A stretch of DNA of 64,000 bases from sequence record phage_1; one strand, written 5' to 3'. The number at the start of each line of letters is the position of its first letter. Positions within the stretch are counted from its first letter, which is position 1. Below are positions 63,648-64,000 of this stretch, piece by piece. The notes beneath the pieces were generated by a model. It saw nothing but the letters and a program-made list of their open reading frames with translations. It was not told where the DNA came from and did no database searches. A program made the translations under genes and the position numbers.

Positions 63648-64000
63648 TACTAAATTCGTTCCTGTTGAACCNNAAATTCCGATTAACAATAAACCGCAGG
63701 NCGGGGTNAAAGAAGCCAGCAACTTGGTAACGATTCCAACCCGCACCACGGTAACGGACTTCGACAGGATTCCGAAACAGTATCTCCTGCAATACAACGA
63801 AGGTTCTGAATGGCCGGTTGATTTTTATCACGCGTTGTCGGGTCGCAACGATCCGAAGACGATGTTCGATACTCAGAATGACAGCCCTACGCAACAGCTG
63901 CTTAAGATTGTTAATCTGTCATTACGTGTTAACGCACCGCTCGACCGTACGCAGGACGAACAACGTAAGACTTTCGAACTGACCGGGACGTCGACCCTGG
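63622..64000 (+). CDS. Probable virion protein, 5' partial (runs off the window)
   Basis: AGGAG SD at 63611, ATG 63622 (MLKANKRG...), open to the window end. Confidence 0.75.
   Translation, partial: MLKANKRGDTKFVPVEXXIPINNKPQXGXKEASNLVTIPTRTTVTDFDRIPKQYLLQYNEGSEWPVDFYHALSGRNDPKTMFDTQNDSPTQQLLKIVNLSLRVNAPLDRTQDEQRKTFELTGTSTL

Overview
A 64-kb segment, probably the left end, of a nucleus-forming jumbo phage genome (Chimalliviridae, phiKZ-related). Gene order and content resemble enterobacterial SPN3US-like phages; this is inferred from motifs and synteny, not a database search. The window encodes chimallin, a split family-B DNA polymerase, four non-virion RNAP subunits, one virion RNAP subunit, ChmC- and PicA-like proteins, an SbcD-like nuclease, an SF2 helicase, DHFR, a head/baseplate gene block and a tRNA-Trp. 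Features not explained by the ORF track: (1) about 1.9 kb of densely structured non-coding DNA in the first 3.8 kb, with its own promoters and two tRNA-like modules, one lacking an anticodon loop; (2) a 356-nt ORF-less group I intron splitting the RNAP catalytic NxDFDGD motif; (3) a LAGLIDADG intein in the helicase Walker A motif; (4) a candidate -1 programmed frameshift (T TTT TTC) joining ORFs 38484 and 40499; (5) a 58-bp internal piece of chmA duplicated 1 kb downstream, supplying the start of the RNAP beta-prime gene; (6) two recurrent promoter motifs, AGATATTAYCT and TTAC-N15-TATG. The assembly is draft quality, with Ns from about 38.5 kb onward, so homopolymer- and repeat-based claims need read-level checks.
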